Assembly: GCF_001194135.2 (NCBI RefSeq)
Contig: NC_068988.1
Span: forward strand, 25,004,940 to 25,065,439
Length of the DNA: 60,500 nucleotides
Reading direction: 5' to 3'
Source of the DNA: Octopus bimaculoides
Taxonomy: Eukaryota
The translations under genes were made by a program, and so were the position numbers. Under the pieces are notes generated by a model, which was given only the letters and a program-made list of their open reading frames with translations, was not told where the DNA came from and made no database searches. Positions 1-11,075 of this stretch are shown piece by piece; within the stretch, counting starts at the first letter, position 1, and each line of letters begins with the position of its first letter.

Positions 1-387
1 AATGTGGAATCTGAAGACGAAAACAATACCTATTGTCATAGGTGCCCTGGGAATGACAGCGAAACGGGCTGATTACTACCTAGCTCAGATACCAGGAAAC
101 CCCAAAATGGCTGAAGTTCAAAAGATAGTGCTCATGGGAACTGCCCATATCCTACGTAATATACTGTCTATGTGATCTCAAATTTTAAAGCAAATACATA
201 AGTTTCTTATGGTTTCTTAAACATTCACTTGAACAAAACTGTACAAATCCAAATATATGGTACCCTAGGCATAACACCTACATGAACTTCTAACTTGTTG
301 TCTCTTGAGGTCTCTGGGTGAGACTTGGATCCAACTTGTACAAATGCAAAACAAAAGTCAAACATAAAATAATAATAATAATAATAA
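1..387 (+). mobile_element. 3' end of R4/Dong-type RLE non-LTR retrotransposon (end of endonuclease, 3' UTR, (TAA)n tail)
   Basis: 2-175 translates to MWNLKTKTIPIVIGALGMTAKRADYYLAQIPGNPKMAEVQKIVLMGTAHILRNILSM*, the IPIVIGALG...LGTAHIL C-terminus typical of R4/Dong RLE domains; a ~190-nt UTR and (TAA)n at 370-387 follow. Confidence 0.85.
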
Positions 388-397
388 CGCCCTTAAT

Positions 398-657
398 ATT
401 TGTGCGCTGGGCGCAGTAAGCCAAGATGTAGACAAATGGTTGAGGAAGATTGGAATAGAATGCTCGGTAGATGTCCTACCGAAAGTTTGCTTCTTAGGCA
501 CAACAAGGATTATCAGGAGGGTCCTATATATTTGAGAACGTGCTAAAAGCTTGTGGATACGTAAGGTTACAGGTAGTTATCAACTATCCACATAATCCCA
601 ACCAAGATTAAAACCGAACATGAGACAAACCAAAATAGTAATAATAAAAATAATAAT
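398..657 (+). mobile_element. Second, different R4/Dong-type 3' fragment
   Basis: 398-535 reads ICALGAVSQDVDKWLRKIGIECSVDVLPKVCFLGTTRIIRRVLYI*; its 3' UTR differs from the first copy and ends in a degenerate (TAA)n tract. Confidence 0.75.
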
Positions 658-750
658 GACGTTGACGACGACGACAACGACGATGACGACGACGTTGACG
701 ACGACGACAACGACGATGACGACGACGTTGACGACGATGATGTTGATGAT
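658..750 (+). repeat. (GAC/GAT)n imperfect trinucleotide repeat
   Basis: Direct reading; includes a repeated gttgacgacgacgacaacgacgatgac unit. Confidence 0.9.
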
Positions 751-1981
751 CGTAAAAATAATAATTTCAGCTGTCTTATCCAGTATAAAACAAGATACGC
801 GCGCAATTGGTTTCTGCAGTCTTAAATAAAATAAATGACATACATTTCTTTACTGTGTAACAAGTGAAGATGATGAATTAGTTGTCAAGAGAAACTATGA
901 TCACTATTATGTTTTTAGTTCTGTTTATGTTCTGTGATGCTTTAAAATTCATTTTATATGGTAATGTTCCTATAATAATTATTCCGTCTAAGTAACAAAA
1001 AAAAAAAGAAAAAGAAAAAATGATTTTAAGCATCAGTAAACTTTGTAGAGTTGCAAATCTAATATTTAAATTTGAGGAGACTGCTGTTAATTCAAAATAA
1101 ATCTAACATAAATCCTAAAATAAACGCTGATGAAATCATATTTAACAGTAAAAAATTCTTCAAAATTGATTTGTAAATGTAAATGAATGCAGATGATTTC
1201 TAAATAAAAAATAATAATACGTTATGTGTAAAACATTACGGTCATATATTTAGTTGTGTGTTTAAAATACGTGAACTTTTTCTCCCATTACACTGCATAC
1301 TTCTAATGGAACGAAGTATGAACTTTCTTTATACAGCTTTTTCGACGCTAATGAATACATACCTCAGTTAAACAGAAGTACATGATATTTCATTTAAATG
1401 CTGAAGTCACAGTGTAGGGAAAATATAAATTTTGACAGAAAGTAATACATATAAAATAAATAAGTAAAGCACTAAAGCATTTTAAAATTGTTTCTGCCTT
1501 CAGTTTTCAATTTATATAAATACATTCGTCAAAAACACAGATACACACCAAAACCCTGAAGATGTATATGATATTGCATTTTTGAGAGTAAATAATATAT
1601 AAAATCTCGATTTTATATATTATTTAAAATATGATGTGCTTTAAGACATATTTAAGGTATGGTTCCTTAAAATAATTTTAAAAATTGCAGAACATCAAGA
1701 CATATTCTAGAATTTGTACATACGTAACAATATTTGTGCAGGTGTTGATATATATTTTAAAATTGATTTGCTGTTTTATTCATCAGCTGCACCACAATGC
1801 TAGTACAACATCCTGAGTGCTCTTTGTGGAACATGTCAAACAAAGTACTTACTTTATTCGGTTGTTTTATTTGTCTTTTATTTACTCATTTATTTATTTA
1901 ATAATCACAGGGGTACGAAGCAGCGTTGAATAAAATATAGCTATGCACGGTCGCATTTAACGTGTTCGGACTTGAAATGGA

Positions 1982-2021
1982 CTTCCCTCCAGACGACGCT
2001 GAACGGTCGTCTGGAGGGAAG
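1982..2021. other. Perfect 16-bp GC-rich inverted repeat with 8-nt loop
   Basis: cttccctccagacgac (1982-1997) / gctgaacg / gtcgtctggagggaag (2006-2021) are exact reverse complements. Confidence 0.9.
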
Positions 2022-4083
2022 AAATTCTCCTTATAAACAATATGAATGTAGGCACAACACTAAGGCATGAATTACGTCATCCGACCGTAGAACGCATGCG
2101 TCGTGTCGCGTCATCAGTTACGTATATTGAACCGTCGTTCATGGTCACTAAATGCTGGATACTCTTATATTTGAATAACAAATGGTGAATTTGCTGATGT
2201 GCAAAAAGCTTTGTAAATCCGGAGTATATTAATTAGGGTATCACACAGAGGCTCTATTTATATTTGTCCAAATGCTAATAAATCATTTTGCATTAGTTTA
2301 CACAGAGAAAACAAACACAGGATGGATTTCTGCACAGCAGAAGCCACATGAGATGTCAGAATATAACCAAACAGAGAAAAGTGAATACAATGCAGATTTT
2401 GCATACATGGATATAATTGATATATGTTTTTAACTATGGTTATAACTATAAATTTGCTTATATTGACGTAACATAATTTCTACTGTTGACACACAATATT
2501 TATACAAATATTTAAAGTTGGCGACTAACAGATCATATTTTACCATGAACGTTAACACATTCTACATTTTCAGAAGCTATAAAAAATAGTACTTGTGATC
2601 GCAAGCACTTCGGTCCCTTTTGATACATAAGGTACCCCTGGCTATATGATGCTCTGTGCAATTTTTTTACAACTCGAAGTTGTGATTAGCGGCTGACTCT
2701 GCTATTAGTTGCGATAGGTGGACGAATTAAGTAGAAGCGAGTAAAAAATAAAAGGAGCTAGGCAATATAAGCCAAGCGGAAAATGGATATAATTTGCAAA
2801 ATATTATAGTTCGTCAAAAATTATTTTAAATATTCCCCTCTATTGAAATGAAAAACAATCAACAGATAGTAGCAGCAATAAGTCTGAAAGATAAGGGGAG
2901 TTAATTTCATGAATTTAAGAATTAATCTCTCGAGTGAAGTCTTCCAAGGCAGATATAATCACATATTTTTATATATTACGTTTCATCAACTTAAGCAAGA
3001 CCGATGAAATGACAAAGGGTTTTACATAAAGAAACTAAAAAGCTACAGATAATATTTGTCAAGTATTATTTACAATATATAAAGATATAAAAGTTTCGTT
3101 TAAAATAAATAAACCGCAATACATGAATTACTATAAATATTCAGTGTGATGTGTTGAGAGTGGAACGTAATAAAAAATTCCTTATAGACGGGTGAAATTT
3201 TGAATTGAAATTTGTATTCATTTGGGACATTAACAACAGAGTAGAAAAATTTGCCACCATAATTCTTTTATTTCTCTTAGCGAAATATCAATAAGCGCTA
3301 ACAAGTGTACATCAAAATCGTCACAATTTGACATTTTAGGTTCGCTGATATATTACAAACAATAACAACAAGTTCAGTGGGATAATTTATTGTTTTATTC
3401 ATTTGTTACTTTCAGCCTATACATAGACTGTGTCTACTTTTGGAGCACCGCTTATAAAATTAATACAGCTTGTACAGAACTTGTCTGTTGGTGTATATAG
3501 GAGTGTGATGACAACATAAATTACTTTCCTTATCGTGGTTCAACATAATACAGATTAGAGTTGTGGCCTGACGGTATGCACAGATACGGTAGTATGCATG
3601 AACCTTCATGCTGTCAGCCGAAACTTTTATTACTTAGCATACACACACACACAAACTTATAGACATATATATGTGTGTATACGTGTGTATCATATATGTA
3701 TATATTTTTTAATACGTAATTAGGATAAAATCATTATTTAATGATTTATCAGTGGCCAGCATACTAAAAATACCATAATGGTTAATTTATATTAAAATTA
3801 TAAGGGTGTCGAATGATTACAACACGAGTCTGCTAGAAATAGACCCCCATTGGTCTATGAATCACTTAGATCATTACTACACTACACAAGATTGTAAGCG
3901 AGGAAAATAGAGAGTGTGGATTTATAAACTAATTTGGATAGTACACATCAGAAGAAATTACAGAGCGACGAACGACAAATTGTAGTCGCAGAGTGAGATA
4001 CTGATCACAGTTGTTAGCTGTTAACTGGGATTTAACTGAGAGGTAATATGGCATCTACCCGGATAATATATCTCCCCATACTC

Positions 4084-4084
<1 letters not shown>

Positions 4085-4153
<69 letters not shown>

Positions 4154-4157
4154 ATAA

Positions 4158-4223
<66 letters not shown>

Positions 4224-4277
4224 TGATAGGTAGATACATAGATAGATATACATACATGTATATATACATACATACTT

Positions 4278-4320
<43 letters not shown>
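4085..4320 (+). repeat. (TAGA)n followed by (TG)n microsatellite
   Basis: Direct reading; explains the IYLS/THTH pseudo-ORFs. Confidence 0.95.
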
Positions 4321-4324
<4 letters not shown>

Positions 4325-4610
4325 CAAGTATCATTCAACTATGGTAGTAGTTGAATAATATTCTTAAGGCTGCAATTTACTCACACGCAGCATTTTCAGA
4401 GCCTGTCGATAATCCAGTTCTTAACCAAATGGAAAACCGTTAACATTTTTCAAGAGGATTTAAATATAATTAACTTTTTTTTTATTTTAAGAACAAACTC
4501 AGTTTTAATTACGCTTAGATAATAGAGCTCGATTCGAGGAATTTCATGGTATTAATTTCATGCAATGAAGTTTTAAAAGAAAAGTTACGAGTATTTGTTT
4601 CTCCAAATAC

Positions 4611-4726
4611 CTTTCTTCGTATATAGTTCCAGGAGACTTTTGATATGTCACCGGTATCACCGAGGTAAGGAAAAAATTATCAACGACACCGTTAATTGAC
4701 ACATTTGACACATTATTAATAATATC
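4611..4726 (-). CDS. Candidate internal exon (116 nt), product unknown
   Basis: Minus strand tgtttttccag|GAT...GAAAG|gtattt; open frame DIINNVSNVSINGVVDNFFLTSVIPVTYQKSPGTIYEE. No family recognised; a competing plus-strand micro-exon (4627-4664, ending GAG|gtaagg) overlaps it. Confidence 0.25.
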
Positions 4727-4782
4727 CTGGAAAAACATGGATTATATGCAAATATGCGAGCAAGAGGAATAATACTCTTAAG

Positions 4783-4871
4783 ATTACAATTTTGGAAAAG
4801 TACAGGACAAGTTATTACACTTGGAAAAGTTCAGGACAACTAATTACATCTGGTAAAGTACAGAACAAGAA
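4783..4871 (+). repeat. ~29-bp tandem repeat, 3 diverged copies
   Basis: attaca..ttggaaaagtacaggacaagtt / attacacttggaaaagttcaggacaacta / attacatctggtaaagtacagaacaagaa. Confidence 0.8.
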
Positions 4872-6599
4872 AAATTTTACGTAAAACATTGCAGCTAAGG
4901 ATAAAATTTCAATATTAAAACTTATTTGATTTTAATATACAAATAGACATTATACTTAAAAATGGTACCATCATTTTGTTAAAATATTGATACGCTAAAG
5001 TACTTAAAAAAGGAGAGCCAAAAGTACCAATAGAGCTAAAGTTTTATGCAAAGTAGAATTGTATATATGGTAGTCAAATTCAGTGACTCAAGATTAAGAA
5101 TGTGAAGACTTGGTAATTACTTAAGCACATTTAGCTGTGGATTTATTGTTGTAGGTAGATTTTACTGTAATATATAACTAATTTTTCTATTATTCTATTT
5201 ATTGTACTAACTAATTATGTACTACTATTATTTTTTATAAACTATTTTCAAATCTCTAATTATTAATAATTAAAAAAAAAAACGATTTTTTGTTAAAGCG
5301 CAAAAATTATTCTGAGTTATTTTTAATCTTTGATAGAAGTAACAAGTAATAACAAATAGAAATAATAACTTGTAAAAAAATTTAGTTTTAATAAAAACTA
5401 ATATTTTCTAATTCTAAATATTTTATTTGAAATTTTATCCTTAGCTGCAATACTTCAAGTAAAAGTNNNNNNNNNNNNNNNNNNNNNNNNNNNNNNNNNN
5501 NNNNNNNNNNNNNNNNNNNNNNNNNNNNNNNNNNNNNNNNNNNNNNNNNNNNNNNNNNNNNNNNNNNNNNNNNNNNNNNNNNNNNNNNNNNNNNNNNNNN
5601 NNNNNNNNNATATATATATATATAAAGAGATTGAGAGATGCAAATATATACAAGTACATTGAAGCACACACGCATAAGTAGAGATAACGTGTTGCTTTTA
5701 TATATTGAGTAGAGAAATGTTGTTGTTGTTGTTGTGGTGGTGGTGGTGGTGTTGGTGGGGCTCCCTGAAATACACTGAAAAGGTGACAGAAAGTGTAATG
5801 GAGAGTCGTAATGCGAGACAATAAATTTATGTTAAATTAAACATTACAGTTCTAGTAAAGATGGTATCATACTATATACAACCGTCTCAGTCAGATATTT
5901 AATTAGTTGGCATGTATAGAAATACCAATTTCCTGAAGTTCAAAGTTCCCTATTCCATCTGAAACTTAAAATGAACCCTTTTTATATTGAGGTTATAGGT
6001 TTTGTCATATAAGACGCATAATCAGCTTTGGAAATAGTTATGAAAACAATACTTAAATGTTGATGAGAAACCGATTGTCATTTTTATCAACTTATTTAGA
6101 AGAAATAAAGGACTTACTACAAATCTGATTCTATTTTATTCAATACAATATTTTATAACATTTAGTTATATTTAATTATGTTTTTTTTTAGAAAAGACCA
6201 ATAAAGTTTCGTATAGACTTTTCTGGTTTGTATTTGTGTGCCATCAATTCATCATCTTTAGAATAATGATATGTTGTTCAATAATATTATTCTTGTAACC
6301 TTTTATTGTTATTATCATCATTACCGTCATCGTCATTATTATTAATACTATCATTATTGTCAGCGGTAGTATGCTGTTATGCGATATTTATATTTTAACC
6401 ACTTTAAATACTCATGCTGTTTGGCGTCGAAACGTCGTCTCGTCGGAGAAGCATTCTAGTTCTATGAAGTTCCTTCTATACACTGCATATATTTCCTTTA
6501 TTTTTATCGAGGTCTTTTCACATAACTCTTCCTGTTTCATCTAAACATGTTTTCTGAAATGCAACAACTGTCACATTAAGATGTAACTTTTTAAGGTTT

Positions 6600-7600
6600 T
6601 CTCTTAGATTCTTCATAATATAACAATAACACTTGGCAGGAGCATCACCTTGTCAAATTATTTATTCCCGGATTGGAAAATTTCATATTTTTGGTCAGTA
6701 TTATCCTTCCACTTCCCCTTTGTCGTTACTGTCCTAAGTTTATTAACCATACTGACCCCAAGTTGATTGCCGGAATGATATTTGCCATATTGAATTTCGA
6801 TTTCAGTATCTTAATACTGCGAAAATATATCCTTTTTTCTTCTTTGCCAGAATTTTAATTATAACCCTCTCAGCACGTTATATCTGAAGAGCTCATATTC
6901 TCACCATCAAGTAGATGCATTTCAACCGTTTCTTATCATGATTTCTCTGCATCATTACCATCATTCTAAAATTCTCTATAATGTGTCAGAACAATGTCAA
7001 TAGTAAATATTCGTACGATTTGTCACGATGCCACAATGCTTTAGATTCTCTATAAAACGAGTTGCGTTACTTATCTTCTATTCCCTTTCAGTAAATAACA
7101 TTCTTCAGCTTTGGAATAATCGACTAAAGAATGAGTGTTATTGCAAGCAGGATACAAGAAGGGCAGTTCCTTAAAATACTTGCTTCTGCAAATCATAAAA
7201 TTGTAATGGTGAATCTCCCATACTATACCTCAATGCCACTTTTAAAATATGTTTGACTTTTTCTACCATTTTCAAACCAAATATAGACAAAATTTGATTT
7301 ACGACGTAGAAATAACTCATGTTCTTTTCTTGTATCTGATCCAACCGATCCAAATTTCCATTCACTTTCTGCAATACATACAGGCTTTTTAAACGATCAT
7401 TAATTTCTCTTACGTTTCCTGTTGTTGTGTGTAATTTTAAATATAAGGCACTAATTGTTTCTCGTGCACCTATTGGCAAATACAGATCCTCTATATTTAT
7501 CTATTCTGAAATACATTCTAATGCCTTGGTTAAAATCGGGCACAGACTTTTGCACCTGCATATGATGCTTACTGAACAACTGGAAGCAATGTGCATAGAG
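6600..7600 (-). pseudogene. Unidentified decayed coding-like sequence
   Basis: Minus-strand frame is open for >100 codons in non-repetitive DNA (LYLPIGARETISALYLKLHTTTGNVREINDRLKSLYVLQ...YSMGDSPLQFYDLQKQVF), with protein-like segments up- and downstream broken by stops and frameshifts. No family recognised. Confidence 0.35.
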
Positions 7601-7899
7601 GAAATTGATTATAGTTTGTTCAAATGATATAGAAGACATGGTAATTTCGTCCGACTAGTTGGTTAATGGAATCATTGCTTGCTAAAAGAGTAAAGGACAC
7701 AAAGTGATTACTTCAAAACCTTTTATTCAATGCTGGTCTTGATTGTCTTCTCTTTGTCCTATAATGGTACAATACCATTTTCACCATTTTACCTTTTCGT
7801 AATCAACGAATTTCATTAGTGTTGATGTTAAACGTCAACAATATTCAGGAGTATGCGATATTAAATATCTAAGAACATATGGCAAATAAAGAACCGACT

Positions 7900-7929
7900 C
7901 TTCTTCTTCTTCTTCTTCTTCTTCTTCTT

Positions 7930-8025
<96 letters not shown>
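7900..8025 (+). repeat. (CTT)n-(ATT)n compound microsatellite
   Basis: Direct reading. Confidence 0.95.
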
Positions 8026-8028
<3 letters not shown>

Positions 8029-8231
8029 TAGTTTTATTTTTATAACGTGCTTTCACTTCACTACCGAGCGCAGCTCTGTGCGCCTTGGGTACGTGCTGTG
8101 GTTTGCTGTGGTGCTCTTATGTTTACTGTATTGAAAGTGTTTTGCGTAGAATGTGTGCAGTACCCAGTAGTGCAATTTTCTGTATGTTATATATATTTGT
8201 AAGTCCTGGTGTTTTTGTTATGTATTTGTCT
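8026..8231 (-). mobile_element. R4/Dong-type LINE 3' fragment inside an (ATT)n array
   Basis: Minus strand DKYITKTPGLTNIYNIQKIALLGTAHILRKTLSIQ*, then ~95-nt UTR; (TAA)n on the sense strand on both sides. Confidence 0.85.
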
Positions 8232-8299
<68 letters not shown>

Positions 8300-8334
8300 T
8301 ATATTTCATATAAGCACAACAGACTGTTTGAAAA

Positions 8335-8470
8335 GAAAAATTCCTAACATCGGACTACTACAAATGTTTAGGGATAGTTCCTAATACATTACATCTATAA
8401 TTACAGGGATACATTTTGCCCTCTATTTCCCCAGTCTCTGTAACTCAATGGCCAGGTCCTGGTACATTGC
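8335..8470 (-). mobile_element. R4/Dong-type RLE fragment, internally deleted, same family as 10680-10930
   Basis: Minus KIAMYQDLAIELQRL..KCIPVII; shares tttagggatagttcctaat and attcctaacatcg with the 10.7-10.9-kb copy. Confidence 0.65.
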
Positions 8471-8584
8471 TATTTTCCCTATACCTCTCATATTGATTCT
8501 CATCATTTACAACTGTAAAGTCAATTATCTGGCACTTTCTATTCTCACCAACATCTTATATTTCTTATATTTTCATACTTAGGA

Positions 8585-8728
8585 AAAGTCGACCTCAAAT
8601 TCTGCTGAGGTCGACTTTGCTTTCATTATTTCGGGTTCGGTAAAATGAGTACATTTTGAGTTCTGGGGTCGATGTATTTGACTATTCCCCTCACCCAAAT
8701 TTCAGGTCTTGTGCCTATAGTAGAAATT
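8585..8728 (+). mobile_element. 5'-truncated SINE (family 2) with inverted 5' junction
   Basis: gaggtcgactttgctttcatt...ggtaaaatgagtac...ggggtcgatgta core shared with full copies; starts with the inverted 12-mer aaagtcgacctc. Confidence 0.75.
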
Positions 8729-8744
8729 ATTATTATTATTTCAC

Positions 8745-9018
8745 TTTGCCATAGGTTTCTTTGGAGCTCCTGGAATCTTGCTTGCTTGCTCCTGGAATCT
8801 TTTAGTGTTTCTTTCATCAACCAATCCGACCTATTTTCTAGTAACTTTGTTGTGGCTACATAGAATTGATTGTGTAGTCCCATTCTTGTGTAATTCTTCT
8901 GCCTCTCCTTTTTGCACTTCTTCCTTTGTTTCCCCTTTTTTTCTCGGCTCTCAATACTCTCTCGTTCCTAACTGTCACTAGCAAGGTTTCGTTACTTTGG
9001 TACTTTGAGCCAGGTATC
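8745..9018 (-). mobile_element. Decayed Dong-like post-RT linker fragment
   Basis: Minus GLHNQFYVATTKLLENRSDWLMKETLK resembles the K.LHGQF...SW.WL..G.LK motif upstream of the CCHC finger; flanked by (ATT)n. Confidence 0.45.
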
Positions 9019-9058
9019 TCATCATCATCATCATTATTATTATTGTCTTTATTATTAA

Positions 9059-9270
9059 GGCAGCGTGCTGGGAGAATCGTTGGTGCGCCGGACGAAATGC
9101 TTAGGGGTATTTCGTCCGTCGCTTCCTTCTAAGTTCAAATATTACCCAGATCGACTTTACTTTTCATCTTTTCAGGGTGGATAAAATAAGTAGCATTTGA
9201 ACACTGGTATCGATGTACTCGACTCATCCCTTTCCCTAAAATAGCTGCTTCCTGTGTCAAATTTTGAAAC
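9059..9270 (+). mobile_element. tRNA-derived SINE, family 2, near full length
   Basis: ggcagcgtgctgggagaatcgttgg head, aagttcaaat B-box-like segment, gatcgactttacttttcatc core, (ATT)n tail. Confidence 0.8.
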
Positions 9271-10679
9271 CATTATTATTATTATTATTATTATTACGGG
9301 TTTTATACATCACCATGTATGCATACAAAATATTTATTGTCCTGTTAAACAATTAGCAGTTTGTTATATTTGAATTTTGGGAAAAAATTTGTTGCAGAAA
9401 AGACCTGAAAGTACGACACTTTGATTTTGTTTCTAGGCCACTGAGTCTAAAGTTTTGAAATATTATCAAATGAATTTATATTTGAAAACACAAACACGGT
9501 AGCGATTATGGCGGCAGTATATACGAGGAATAAAAGGATGGTGATTCATATAGTGGGTAGGGATTCGCATTAAAAATATTTTCCCTGCTATAAACATGAG
9601 TAAATATAACACTAACTACCATCGACGATGACTTGCAAATCCACCACTACCACCACCGCCATCACCACCATGCACGTCGCTGCCACCACGACCACCAGGA
9701 CCACCAGGACCAACACTGCCGCCACCACCAGTATCAGTCTCACTACCACTACCACCACAACGGTAGCATGAAGAAACAACAGAAAAATCATGAAAATTTA
9801 AGAAGACATTAACAAAACAACTCAAAGAGAATTATTAATAGTAGTATGAGTAGTGACAGCCATACCAGGCCCACCACTACCACTAACGTCACCTCTATCA
9901 TAAACATCACGAATGGTGAGATTACTATGTCGTGTAGTAAAGACACGAACAGAAATAGTTGCGTTAAACTCTCAGCGCAAATGCTCACCATTCTCTTTGC
10001 ACTACTGTAAACATTTCGAATGTTTGTGTTGGAAACAAATTAGTGTCAATGTTTCTAACATTTTCATATGAATTTAATATCATAAGTTCTTTGGCATTTT
10101 ACCAAAACTATTGTAAAACTCTAATTTTATTGTGACAAATTTCTTCAGAAATTTATTTGAGAAATAAACTTGAAGGTCAACATGTGCTTTCTAAAGTGAC
10201 AATAACGATATCTAACATAAACTGAAAATAGTTTGTTTACAAAAGATAGAACGAACGATTATGTCAACCTCAATATTTGTCTGGTATTACTTTAACGACT
10301 TGCGTATCATAAAACGTAGAGTTAACAACATTCGTAACAACATTTGAATTGAGAACATAAAGTAACATAACAAAATGGCGGTTAAAATTTTGTCACTCGA
10401 CCAACTAATTCTATCAACTCAGGAATAATATCCAGAATGAACACTTTCACTTTCGCATATTTTATGTTCTTTCACTCCCTCTCTCTGTCTCTCTCTTTCC
10501 ATCTCTTTCCCTCTCTCTCCCTCTCTCTCTAGCTCTCTGTTATCCACACACACCATCCATGCCATTCATTCCATTTTTCCATATAATCCATCCATTATTC
10601 AATGTGTCCAAACACCATCAATCCAACCACCACAAAAATTATCATTCATATACACAAAACAGATTAGATCTGGAAAAGA

Positions 10680-10928
10680 AACATTCCTAACATCGAATCA
10701 AGAGCCCTTCTAAGTATCCTAGCCGTCCTTAATAATACCGTTTTCTGGAACTGTACTAAACTGTACTAAACTAGGTGTTATGCCTATTTCCTTTATCCTT
10801 CTATTCAAATCTTTAGGGATAGTTCCTAATGCACCTATAAGTACAGGGATACAGTTTACCTGCATTTCCCATAGTCTCTGTACTTCAATGCATAAGTTCT
10901 GGTACTTTGCTATTTTTCTATACCTCTC

Positions 10929-10930
<2 letters not shown>
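10680..10930 (-). mobile_element. R4/Dong-type RLE 3' fragment
   Basis: Minus ERYRKIAKYQNLCIEVQRLWEMQVNCIPVLIGALGTIPKDLNRRIKEIGITPSLVQ, then (frameshift through an 11-nt duplication) VLLRTARILRRALD; (TAA)n upstream. Confidence 0.85.
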
Positions 10931-10989
<59 letters not shown>

Positions 10990-11011
10990 ATTATTATTGT
11001 TGTTGTTGTTG

Positions 11012-11075
11012 TTATTGCCTTCACACAGCTTCTAACGCTGGGGATGTACTACAGTGTCAGCTCTTCACTGCCAGC
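11012..11075 (-). mobile_element. Probable extreme 3' tip of a further LINE family
   Basis: Minus ...gtagtacatccccagcgttagaagctgtgtgaaggc running into (AAC)n(TAA)n; recalled as a Dong-like 3' terminus, not verified. Confidence 0.4.

Noticed and set aside
2234-2436. Plus-strand open stretch VYTEKTNTGWISAQQKPHEMSEYNQ...
   Set aside because: Length is within chance expectation; no recognisable homology and a weak acceptor.
6408-6446. gtcgaaacgtcgtc as a hammerhead
   Set aside because: No CUGANGA core upstream and stem III is not palindromic.
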